The translations under genes were made by a program, and so were the position numbers. A DNA stretch of 31,176 nucleotides from Candidatus Hadarchaeota archaeon (lineage in GTDB: Archaea; CAYQAE01; CAYVLA01): positions 1-31,176 of the forward strand of contig CAYVLA010000028.1 in NCBI GenBank assembly GCA_964452145.1. The letters run 5' to 3'. Numbering within the stretch: the stretch's first letter is position 1; the number at the start of each line of letters is the position of its first letter. The notes under the pieces are model-generated. The model saw only the letters and a list, made by a program, of their open reading frames with translations, had not been told where the DNA came from and searched no databases. Below are positions 9,452 to 17,205 of the stretch, one piece after another.

Positions 9452-12037
9452 CTACCATGGGGCCAGTCTCTCAATCACCTCTCCATCTCTGTGCGCAAGG
9501 GCAGACAAGGCCCATGCAGAGAGGCACGCCACCAGACCAAGACAAGGCACGCTCTCAGGAATGCTTGCGCTTGCCGTCTCTATCGCGTCAAGCAGGGACT
9601 TCAAATAGCTCTTCGCAAGCTCGAAGTTGTTGTGCTGGATGCTCTCCTTCGATACACGAAGCATGAGTTCCCCGCGTGGGATAGTCAGGTTATCCTCCAA
9701 CGCCTCCTTGTAGGCCCTCTCAACAACGTCGTAGATGGCTTCCGCCTCCAGTCGCCTTACCTCCCGCGTTGGATTGATCGCAACCTCCACCGCGTGCGCG
9801 AAGTCACCGGCGAAAAAGGATTGATTCGCCTCGGCAAGCAGGGTCCGGTAGCTCTGCATATCGACCCCGGCTAGGGCCGCGAGCCCGATCGCATCAACCA
9901 GTTCCTGAACCACTTTGCTCGCCCATCCCCTAAGCGGCACGGCCCAAGAGGAGCCCTCGTTGTCGTCGAAGTAGTCCCCGACCAGCTGCCCGCTCCGAAA
10001 TCTGAGATCGATCCAGTTGTATGTCTCATCGGTGGGGACCATGATCGTCCAGAGGCCGTCCAGCCCCCGCTCCATCTTGGTCTCGGCCCAGCCGGTCACC
10101 GTGACCGTTCCATGAGGGCGCGTGGTCGTCGGCGCCCAGCCGTTCTTGCCCCACACAAGGGCGCATTCCGCAGTCCCGTCCGGAAGGGATCCCTCCACAT
10201 CGTCGTACTTGACCAAGATCATCTCTCCCTCGGTTGCGCCCCTCGGGTAGTACACAGGCCCCGCCTTGATGAGGTCCCTGATCGGAATCATAATCGTCAG
10301 CTCGTTGTTTGCCTCATCGATCTCCTTCAGGGCGTTGGCGGGGTCGACGGTCACCCTGACCGTACACTGTCCCTCCTCCAGCACAACTTGGGGCAAAGTC
10401 AAGGTCGTGCTTCCGCCTGCCGCCAGGCCGGTGCAGGAAAGGCTCGTGTTCAAGTTCACAGCCGAGAACCCGACCGCGAAGGGGTCCGAGTCGGCATTTC
10501 CCTGGTTCGCGATCACGGCCTCGAAGACAGCTGCTCTCCCGGCCGAAAGTTCCCCGCCACGGAGCCGGATTGATACGGGCGCCAGGTCGGGTCCCGGACC
10601 CGACACCCTGATGCCGAGACTCTTGGCGTTGTTCCACTCCAGAATTCCCTCGTCCACGAGGTCGTAGGGGTCCACAAGCGCAGTCAGGTTGTAGATGGCC
10701 TCATCGCCCGTGTGCCACTCGAAATGGATGATGGTTCTGCGTCCTGGATTCAACGACTCGCAGTGGGCCGGTCCGAGGCTCCTCCCGTCGATGAGCATCT
10801 CCACCGAGAAGTCGCCGGAGGGTGCCTGCCCCCGGTTCCAGACTGCGACGGACAGATTGGCAGAGCCATGGAGACCGGGGATGCTGGGGGAGAAGGCCAG
10901 GTCCGAGATCGTCAGGTCCGGCCGAAGCGTCTTGTTCACGACTAGGCTGTCCAGAACGCTCTGGTCCCTGAGCCTTGCCTCCATCCGCAGGGTCTGTCCC
11001 TCAACGGCCAGGGTCACGAAGTGGTGTTCGGATGCAGCCGCGACGAGCCAGGGGCTGCCCCAAGCCTCGACCAAGTGCAGACCTGCGCCTGCGCCGCCCG
11101 TCACTATGTGGATGGTGCCAGCGTCGCTGCTGTCAGCGGTCTCACCAGCATGGATCGGAAGCGTTCTGGCATAGATGTGATCATGGCCGGCGAAGACCAT
11201 GTCCACGTGGTACTTCTCCAGCACCTCCGCCCAGGCATCTCGGACCCCCAGACTTGATCCATGAGGGCCCACACTGTACATGGGCCTGTGGAAGTAGACG
11301 AACGTCCATGTGGCACTGCTGGAGGCCAGGTCGCGCTCCAGCCACTCCAACTGCTCATCCCCCATGATCCCCTCGGTGTTCAGCGCCACGAAGTGGGCAT
11401 TGGCATAGTCGAAGGAAAAGTACTGCCTGGCCCCGGGGAGGGCGAACTGCCGGAAGAACTGCGGAGCATTGCTCTCATGGTTGCCTAGGACCGACATGAC
11501 CACCTTCCGGGAGAGCAGGGGCTCGGCAGCCGCGAACCAGTTGTTCCACTGGATCTGTGACTCCCCTGACTCAACCAAATCGCCGTTGTGTAGAACGAAG
11601 GCCGGATCGATTTCCAGGGTCGCCCGGGCGATCTCCCCCCATGCCTGCATGTTCGTCCTTGAATCCCCCAGCATGACGAAGACAAAGGACGCCGAGTCGT
11701 CGCCGGGCGCGGCGACGAAGGTTCGGTCCTCGCTCCAGCCCTGCTCCGAGCCGCATCTGTAGTGGTAGGTCATCGACGGCTCAAGGCCCGAGAGCTCGAC
11801 GTGGTGGATCAACCCCGGTTCGCTCACGGCAACGCAGCCGTAGGACCCATCAAGGCCGTACTCCACAGTGCTTGGCTCGACTCCATCAGTGGCCCAGCTC
11901 ACCGTGATCGACGTCCTGGGGTCACGCTGCCAAGTCAGGTGCACGTTGCGAGGTTCGGAGGCATAGACGACCCCCGCAGGTACCAGCATCATTGCGATGC
12001 AGACCATGATCATCGGACCATTCTTCAGCCCTGCCAC
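9452..12037 (-). CDS. Secreted purple-acid-phosphatase-like protein: FN3 + metallophosphoesterase + 2x CARDB + CBM25/CBM53-like module + helical repeats + C-terminal sorting signal
   Basis: Signal peptide ending VYA. FN3-type N-domain (VHLTW...SITVSWAT...HHVELSGLEPSMTYHYRCG). Motifs GDSR, GDLVE, GNHE, FHRP, GHDH. CARDB units start PDLTIS and PDLAPV and end VDPxxxxxE...NN. Start could be GTG 12037 or a nearby ATG. Confidence 0.9.
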   Translation of the reverse strand: MAGLKNGPMIMVCIAMMLVPAGVVYASEPRNVHLTWQRDPRTSITVSWATDGVEPSTVEYGLDGSYGCVAVSEPGLIHHVELSGLEPSMTYHYRCGSEQGWSEDRTFVAAPGDDSASFVFVMLGDSRTNMQAWGEIARATLEIDPAFVLHNGDLVESGESQIQWNNWFAAAEPLLSRKVVMSVLGNHESNAPQFFRQFALPGARQYFSFDYANAHFVALNTEGIMGDEQLEWLERDLASSSATWTFVYFHRPMYSVGPHGSSLGVRDAWAEVLEKYHVDMVFAGHDHIYARTLPIHAGETADSSDAGTIHIVTGGAGAGLHLVEAWGSPWLVAAASEHHFVTLAVEGQTLRMEARLRDQSVLDSLVVNKTLRPDLTISDLAFSPSIPGLHGSANLSVAVWNRGQAPSGDFSVEMLIDGRSLGPAHCESLNPGRRTIIHFEWHTGDEAIYNLTALVDPYDLVDEGILEWNNAKSLGIRVSGPGPDLAPVSIRLRGGELSAGRAAVFEAVIANQGNADSDPFAVGFSAVNLNTSLSCTGLAAGGSTTLTLPQVVLEEGQCTVRVTVDPANALKEIDEANNELTIMIPIRDLIKAGPVYYPRGATEGEMILVKYDDVEGSLPDGTAECALVWGKNGWAPTTTRPHGTVTVTGWAETKMERGLDGLWTIMVPTDETYNWIDLRFRSGQLVGDYFDDNEGSSWAVPLRGWASKVVQELVDAIGLAALAGVDMQSYRTLLAEANQSFFAGDFAHAVEVAINPTREVRRLEAEAIYDVVERAYKEALEDNLTIPRGELMLRVSKESIQHNNFELAKSYLKSLLDAIETASASIPESVPCLGLVACLSAWALSALAHRDGEVIERLAPW

Positions 12038-12149
12038 TTAGGCCACCAACCATCTGGGCGACTGCGCTCCTCGGACCAGTCGCAAACAGCCGCCCGCCAA
12101 TCCCGGCGGGTCCACTCCTGATATACCTCTCGGTTTCCGGCTCACCAGG

Positions 12150-12209
12150 CATTCGGAGGCATCGTTCCAGTACGTAGATGGACACGTTGGAGTCGAGGAA
12201 GCGTAGCAA
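12150..12209 (-). pseudogene. Possible N-terminal remnant of a PIN-domain (VapC-like) gene
   Basis: TTG-started (M)LRFLDSNVSIYVLER matches the PIN first-strand motif (F/L)-D-(S/T/A)-N-V-x-I-Y. The resemblance is lost after ~20 codons. Confidence 0.35.
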
Positions 12210-12273
12210 TTCCTCGTCCCCGTGCCGCAGTGCCTCCCCTGTCAGGCCGCCGGGTTGACTGGGGGCGAACAGC

Positions 12274-13992
12274 TCAGTCAAAAGCAGAGGACGGCGTCTC
12301 GCCCAGGAGGTTGTGGATCGTCCCGTCCTTCTCCCTTACCGCCACGCTGTTCAGGCCCTGCTGGCCGTAGATCCCCGAGGAACCCGTGAAATCGGGCTCG
12401 TACGGGATCGGGGCTGAGGCCGACTTGATGTCGATCCTGCCAAGCGTGGCGACCACCTTCCCGTTTATGGCCACTTTCAGGTTGGCCCTGGCCACGAAAG
12501 CATCGTTGACGATCTCGATCGCCCTCTGGCCCTCCACCATCCTGAAGGATATGGAACGATCCTCCTTGGATATGTATGGGATGGAGCTTGCGTAGTTCTC
12601 GTCCTGAAGCTTCCTGTCGAGTTCCGAGCCCGCTGCCCGGAAGGCCTCCCAGTAGTCCTCCTGCGACCCATTCAGGACGAAGTCGCCGGAGAGGCTGGAA
12701 GGATCGGCCGAGATGCTATCGAAGGGGAAGATCCAGTAGCCCGCCGCGTTTGCCCCGCAGTGGTAGGCCTCAGACCTGATCCGGTTAGGGGAAAGGAAGG
12801 CGAGCCAGAGGCCGGGAAGGTAGAACACATGGTATCCAAGTGAGGGGAAGTACTCCGCCATCTGCATGCCCAGAGGACCCCAGCCCACGCCGTATGTTGA
12901 TTCGTCCATCACCAGGGCCGGCAGGCTTGGTGTCCCCAGGCCTTCCGCAAGCCCCCGGTAGTACCAGTTGTGGTCGTAGAGAAGGAATCCCAGAAGCAGG
13001 TCGGGGTTGTTGAGCCTGATCTTCTCCCTTACCTCCGAGGATAGGCTGGCCACCCTTCTGCGGAGGTACTCGTAGTAGCCGTTGAGAAGACCCTTTTCCT
13101 TAAGCCAGCCCATCCTCTCGCCCCTGTCAGCCGGAGGCCGCTCGGATCTCTTGGCCATGAAGCCCCGGAAGCACTCGTCGCAGAAGCATCCGTTGTTGGA
13201 GTAGATGTGGGCGCTCTCGCTGTTGTACATCTCGGTGTCGAGAAGGAAGCCTGCCAGGGGAACCTCCTTGGCCAGCTCGGCCACGGCCTGCGCTTGGACC
13301 AGGATCGCCTCTCGCCAGTACGCTTCATCCAGAGGGCAGGGGGCAGCCTTCTCCTCACCCGAGGCCGTAACGTAGCGGCGCGCCTCCACAGGCCTGCCCG
13401 CGTCACGGGTGAAGTAGAAGATCGAGATGAACAGCCTGATGCCGGCCTCCTCGCACATCCGGGCCTTGCCCCGGACTTGCTCCACCCACTCCGGGTCGTT
13501 GCCGTCGAAGTACCCCACGGCCCATACCAAAGCGTTCATGCCGGAGGACCGCATCTTGGACAGCAGCGTTTCGTTGAGCGGCGTGCCATACCCCGCTCGC
13601 ATCCTCTCATCTGAGATCCACCGCGCAGCCGGGGCGAGCCTGTCCGGGGAACCTCCCGGCCCGGCGTAGATCAGCAGCATTGCGACCACTGCGACGCCGA
13701 CCACGACCGCTATCGGCAAAAGGGTCCGCCTGCCCGCCCGCAAAAGCGGATTCGCCGCGCTCTCCCGATTTCCGGTCTCCTGGCCCCCGCCCTCTGCGGT
13801 TCCTCGCTTGACACAAGCATGCCTCGACGGGGCGAGGTGCATGCTGCAGAAGGCTCTGCCGCAGGCCTCGCACCGCCTAGTGGTGGCGAGACGCGCATGG
13901 CACTTGGCGCAGCGTACGACCCCTTCCTTCACGGCTCTATCGCTCCTGTCTGCCCTCGCGCCTCGTATGTCGAGGACCCTCTCTCGGCGCAT
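12274..13992 (-). CDS. AN1-type zinc finger + single TM + putative glycoside-hydrolase-like TIM barrel domain
   Basis: CAKC-x9-CEAC-x4-C-x2-H-x5-H-x-C. TM LLPIAVVVGVAVVAMLLIYAG. GH-like motifs PCPLDEAYW, GFLLDTEMY, GCFCDECFRGF, VMDESTY. The true start may be downstream of 13992 (e.g. GTG near 13932), because a TATA-like AATTAAA lies at 14001-14007. Confidence 0.8.
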   Translation of the reverse strand: MRRERVLDIRGARADRSDRAVKEGVVRCAKCHARLATTRRCEACGRAFCSMHLAPSRHACVKRGTAEGGGQETGNRESAANPLLRAGRRTLLPIAVVVGVAVVAMLLIYAGPGGSPDRLAPAARWISDERMRAGYGTPLNETLLSKMRSSGMNALVWAVGYFDGNDPEWVEQVRGKARMCEEAGIRLFISIFYFTRDAGRPVEARRYVTASGEEKAAPCPLDEAYWREAILVQAQAVAELAKEVPLAGFLLDTEMYNSESAHIYSNNGCFCDECFRGFMAKRSERPPADRGERMGWLKEKGLLNGYYEYLRRRVASLSSEVREKIRLNNPDLLLGFLLYDHNWYYRGLAEGLGTPSLPALVMDESTYGVGWGPLGMQMAEYFPSLGYHVFYLPGLWLAFLSPNRIRSEAYHCGANAAGYWIFPFDSISADPSSLSGDFVLNGSQEDYWEAFRAAGSELDRKLQDENYASSIPYISKEDRSISFRMVEGQRAIEIVNDAFVARANLKVAINGKVVATLGRIDIKSASAPIPYEPDFTGSSGIYGQQGLNSVAVREKDGTIHNLLGETPSSAFD

Positions 13993-14227
13993 CCAGCGCC
14001 TTTAATTCTTCCCATCACGAATCGCAATCATCCGCGATGAATCATGCCGAAATGCCTGAAGGGCCCTGGGCGCATTCAAGTAATCGTGTTGCGACGCATA
14101 CTCATCATGATTCTCTCCAGCACATGGCTCTCTGCCATCCGGAACCAGAAAGCATCCGCGATCGGTTGCCTGAACGAACCCGTATCGGCTTGCCTCGCCA
14201 TATCTGCCTCGGGGTCAGGCCCCACCG

Positions 14228-15199
14228 TTAGGCAAACCCCCGATCCCGATCGCTGCGTCTTATGATCTCGGCAGCCGCCGAACGCACGGCCTCCTCGGAA
14301 TCCATCCTGGCCCTGAACCCCAGGGCCCGCAGCTTGGCGATCTCCAGATACGTGCGGGGGAGATCGCCGGCCCATCCCCTCTCCCCACCCGTGTATGTGA
14401 ACTTCACGCCCTCCAGACCCATCTCCTCGGTGACGATCTCGGCCACCCGTCTCACGGTTATGGGGGTCTCGGTGCCCAGGTTGTATATCTGATTCTCGGA
14501 CCTGGTCACACAGTACAGCATGGAATCGATGCAGTCCTCGACGTGCAAGTAGCACTTCTCCTGCCTGCCGTCCCCCAGTATCTCTAGATTTCGCGGATCC
14601 CTTCTGAGCTTGGCGACGAAGTCGCACACCACTCCCTGATGGGCCCTAGGACCCACTATGTTCGCGAAGCGGAAGATCCAGTAGGCAAGGCCCATGCCGT
14701 GGGAGTAGGACGTGACCAGCCCTTCCCCGGCCAGCTTGCTGGCCCCGTAGAGGGATATGGGCACCATGGGGCCGTAGTCTTCGGGGGTCGGGACGATTCG
14801 GGCCTCTCCGTAGACGACCGATGATGAGGCGAATGCGATCCGGTCCGCCCCCGATCCAACCATGGCCTCCAGCACGGCCTGGGTGCCAAGGACATTGTTC
14901 TTCATTGAGGAGTTCCTCCGTGCCGGGTCATCGAAGCCTCCCCGTATCACCGGATCGGCCGCCAGATGGAAGACCTGGCCACATCCATCCAGGGCCTCCG
15001 CAAGCGCCTCCCGGTCGTTGATATCTCCCTGACGGAACCGGAAGTTCGGATTCCCCAGGTGGGGCTCCAACCACTGCCGGCGACCGCTGCTCAGGTTATC
15101 TATCACGGAGACCTCTCGACCCATCTTCAGAAGCCGGTCCACTAGGTGGCTGCCTATGAATCCGGCTCCGCCGGTGACAAGGACACTGGTTGGCCCCAT
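14228..15199 (-). CDS. NAD-dependent epimerase/dehydratase (extended SDR, UDP-glucose 4-epimerase-like)
   Basis: VLVTGGAGFIGSH, DNLS, HLAA, ASSSVVYG, YGASK, RFANIVGP, GWAGD. Start moved to ATG 15199, which follows a purine-rich RBS. Confidence 0.93.
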   Translation of the reverse strand: MGPTSVLVTGGAGFIGSHLVDRLLKMGREVSVIDNLSSGRRQWLEPHLGNPNFRFRQGDINDREALAEALDGCGQVFHLAADPVIRGGFDDPARRNSSMKNNVLGTQAVLEAMVGSGADRIAFASSSVVYGEARIVPTPEDYGPMVPISLYGASKLAGEGLVTSYSHGMGLAYWIFRFANIVGPRAHQGVVCDFVAKLRRDPRNLEILGDGRQEKCYLHVEDCIDSMLYCVTRSENQIYNLGTETPITVRRVAEIVTEEMGLEGVKFTYTGGERGWAGDLPRTYLEIAKLRALGFRARMDSEEAVRSAAAEIIRRSDRDRGFA

Positions 15200-15263
15200 C
15201 CCATCCCTTCCGTTCCGATAGCCGAAGATCCTCCCTGCCCGCCTCAAAGGCATCCTGGCCTCT

Positions 15264-15271
15264 CTTATAAG
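15264..15271. promoter_or_regulatory. Palindromic TATA element CTTATAAG in the divergent epimerase/glmS-like spacer
   Basis: Perfect 8-bp palindrome ~65 nt upstream of the epimerase start. Confidence 0.55.
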
Positions 15272-15417
15272 TCCTTTCTGGAGAGCCGCACGGGCAGCTT
15301 GCCCGCTCGATGGCCGGATCCGCGGCCCTGCAAATCATGACGGAGCTAGGCTCGTCGAACGGGTTGGATATGTTCGGATTGGTGCCCCATAGGGCGAACC
15401 CGTCCCGGCGATCCCGG

Positions 15418-15424
15418 TTAATAT
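15418..15424 (+). promoter_or_regulatory. TATA box TTAATAT for the glmS-like gene
   Basis: About 33 nt upstream of TTG 15457; supports this start over 15310. Confidence 0.55.
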
Positions 15425-15456
15425 GCCCATCCGCCAAACTATCAGCAGGTACCGCC

Positions 15457-17205
15457 TTGGCCGGCATTCTTGCCTACACTGGCAACGCGGAGGCCTTCCC
15501 GGTCCTGCTCAAAGGCCTACGGGCATTGTCCTACGAGGGCACTGATTCATGGGGCCTGTGCACCTGCGATGGCTCCCTGCACGTGAGAAGGTTCGTGGGG
15601 CGCCCCTCGGACAGCGATGCCGCGAGATCCGGACCCTTGCCAGGCCTCGCAGGCATGGTCCACACCCGGTGGGCAACCCTGGGATCCGTAGCAGAGTCCA
15701 ACGCCCATCCGGTCTTGGACTGCACCCGGTCCATGGCCGTGGTCCACAACGGATTCGTAGAGAACGGCCAAGCCATCCGCTCCGACCTGGTGAAGAAGGG
15801 GCACGCGTTCTGCACCCAGACCGATACTGAGGTCATTCCCCATCTCGTCGAGGAGCTGGAAAGGAGGGGCTCCTCCCTTCCGAGTGCTGTTGCCCAGGCC
15901 CGGGCGGCCCTTGAGGGCTCCTTCTCGTTCGCCTTGATCTCGGCTCGAGACCCCGGCACGATCTATGCCTGCCGCAACCACCACCCCCTGTACATCGGGA
16001 CCTCCTCCTCTTCATCGATCGCCACCAGCGAACCGGCCTGCCTTCCGGGCGCCGCCTACCGCGCCCGCATCCTCGGAAGCGAAGAGATGGCGATTCTTCA
16101 GCCCGGAGCTATCAAGACAGTTCCCCTGTCACCTGAGAGCGGCCCGTCCCATCCTTGGACCTCGGTCGACAGGCAGTACCTCGCCGACAGGCGGATGGGC
16201 TACAGGCACTTCCTAGAGAAGGAGATCCTGAGGGAGCCGGACGTCCTCATGATCATGGGCCTCGGCGACCTGATGGACCTGGAGCTCTTCGCCGACTCCG
16301 TCGAGCACGCCGCACGGGTCCACATCCTGGCGGATTCTTCCTCCTACTACTCCTGCCTCATCGCCTCCTACCTGTTGCATGATATTGCCAAGGTGTACTC
16401 CAAGGTCCTGCCGGCCCGGGACTTTCTCTCCTCTAAGGAGCGTCTATCCGGGGACGACCTGATCCTGGCTATGCGGTCCAACACAGAAGGAGGCATGATC
16501 GACGAGGCCCTTCAGTACGCCCGCGCCCGCGGGGCCCACACCGCGCTTGTCACAAGTAACGGTGCCGGCAAGCTCGGCCTCGGGACCGTCCTATCCATCG
16601 GGAAGTGGGGGGCAAAGAACGTCTCGCCCATGGGGGCCTACGTCGGCCAGGTCGGCGTATCCCTCCTTCTTGCCCACGCGGTCAGGGGGTCCGTTGACAG
16701 GGGAAGGAAGGAGCTAGGCGAACTGGGGGAATCGCTAAAGAAGCGACTCCCCCAACTGCGCAACAGAGCCCACCAAGAGGCCACCAGGCTTTGCTCCTCG
16801 GAGACCATCCTTCTCTTCGGCAGGAACCTTGCGCACACCCTGGCCCTCGAGGGCTCCAACGAGCTAACAAGCCTGGCAAAGGTAAGATCGCTCGGCCTGG
16901 AGAATCCTCGCATGGGAGACACCCCCTTCCTCCGGCCGGGCCCCCGCAGCGGCTGTATCTTCTATGCCAGGAAGGGGGATGAGGGTCTTCTTGACACCGC
17001 CAAGGAGGCGGAGACCCAGGGGACCCGGGTCGTTGACATCTGTGAGGAGGGCGTGAAGGCCCCGAATGATGCCATCATCGTGCCCGAGTCCAAACACCTC
17101 TTCGCCGTATCGGGAGTGCTGCCCACCCAGCTTCTAGCCTACGAGCTGTCGGTTCTGCGCGGCAATGACCCCGACAGGCTGGCCTTCACAGCGGCGGACG
17201 CCTGA
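15457..17205 (+). CDS. GlmS-like protein (Ntn glutaminase domain + two SIS domains), predicted catalytically inactive
   Basis: (M)AGILAY in place of MCGI; LSYEGTDSWG; HTRWATLG; NAHP; VVHNG; TDTEVIPHL; HFLEKEI; ALEGSNELTS; QLLAYELSVLRGNDPDRLA. 582 aa with no internal stop. Confidence 0.88.
   Translation: MAGILAYTGNAEAFPVLLKGLRALSYEGTDSWGLCTCDGSLHVRRFVGRPSDSDAARSGPLPGLAGMVHTRWATLGSVAESNAHPVLDCTRSMAVVHNGFVENGQAIRSDLVKKGHAFCTQTDTEVIPHLVEELERRGSSLPSAVAQARAALEGSFSFALISARDPGTIYACRNHHPLYIGTSSSSSIATSEPACLPGAAYRARILGSEEMAILQPGAIKTVPLSPESGPSHPWTSVDRQYLADRRMGYRHFLEKEILREPDVLMIMGLGDLMDLELFADSVEHAARVHILADSSSYYSCLIASYLLHDIAKVYSKVLPARDFLSSKERLSGDDLILAMRSNTEGGMIDEALQYARARGAHTALVTSNGAGKLGLGTVLSIGKWGAKNVSPMGAYVGQVGVSLLLAHAVRGSVDRGRKELGELGESLKKRLPQLRNRAHQEATRLCSSETILLFGRNLAHTLALEGSNELTSLAKVRSLGLENPRMGDTPFLRPGPRSGCIFYARKGDEGLLDTAKEAETQGTRVVDICEEGVKAPNDAIIVPESKHLFAVSGVLPTQLLAYELSVLRGNDPDRLAFTAADA

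Noticed and set aside
14044..14265. 73-aa plus-strand ORF with a hydrophobic stretch (RRILIMILSSTWLSA)
   Set aside because: No RBS, no recognisable family, and it overlaps the epimerase 3' end; support is insufficient.
4630..15230. 14-bp direct repeat GATAGCCGAAGATC at 4630-4643 and 15217-15230, both intergenic
   Set aside because: Only two copies, flanks do not extend the match, positions relative to promoters differ, and a match of this length can arise by chance in 31 kb.
15310..15456. 49-aa N-terminal extension of the GlmS-like ORF
   Set aside because: Ntn-hydrolase homology starts at LAGILAY and a TATA box lies inside the extension, so TTG 15457 is the better start. The upstream Cys (ICPS) is not at the nucleophile position.
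15272..15456. glmS ribozyme upstream of the glmS-like gene
   Set aside because: No ribozyme core recognised, and the TATA position implies a leader of only a few nucleotides.
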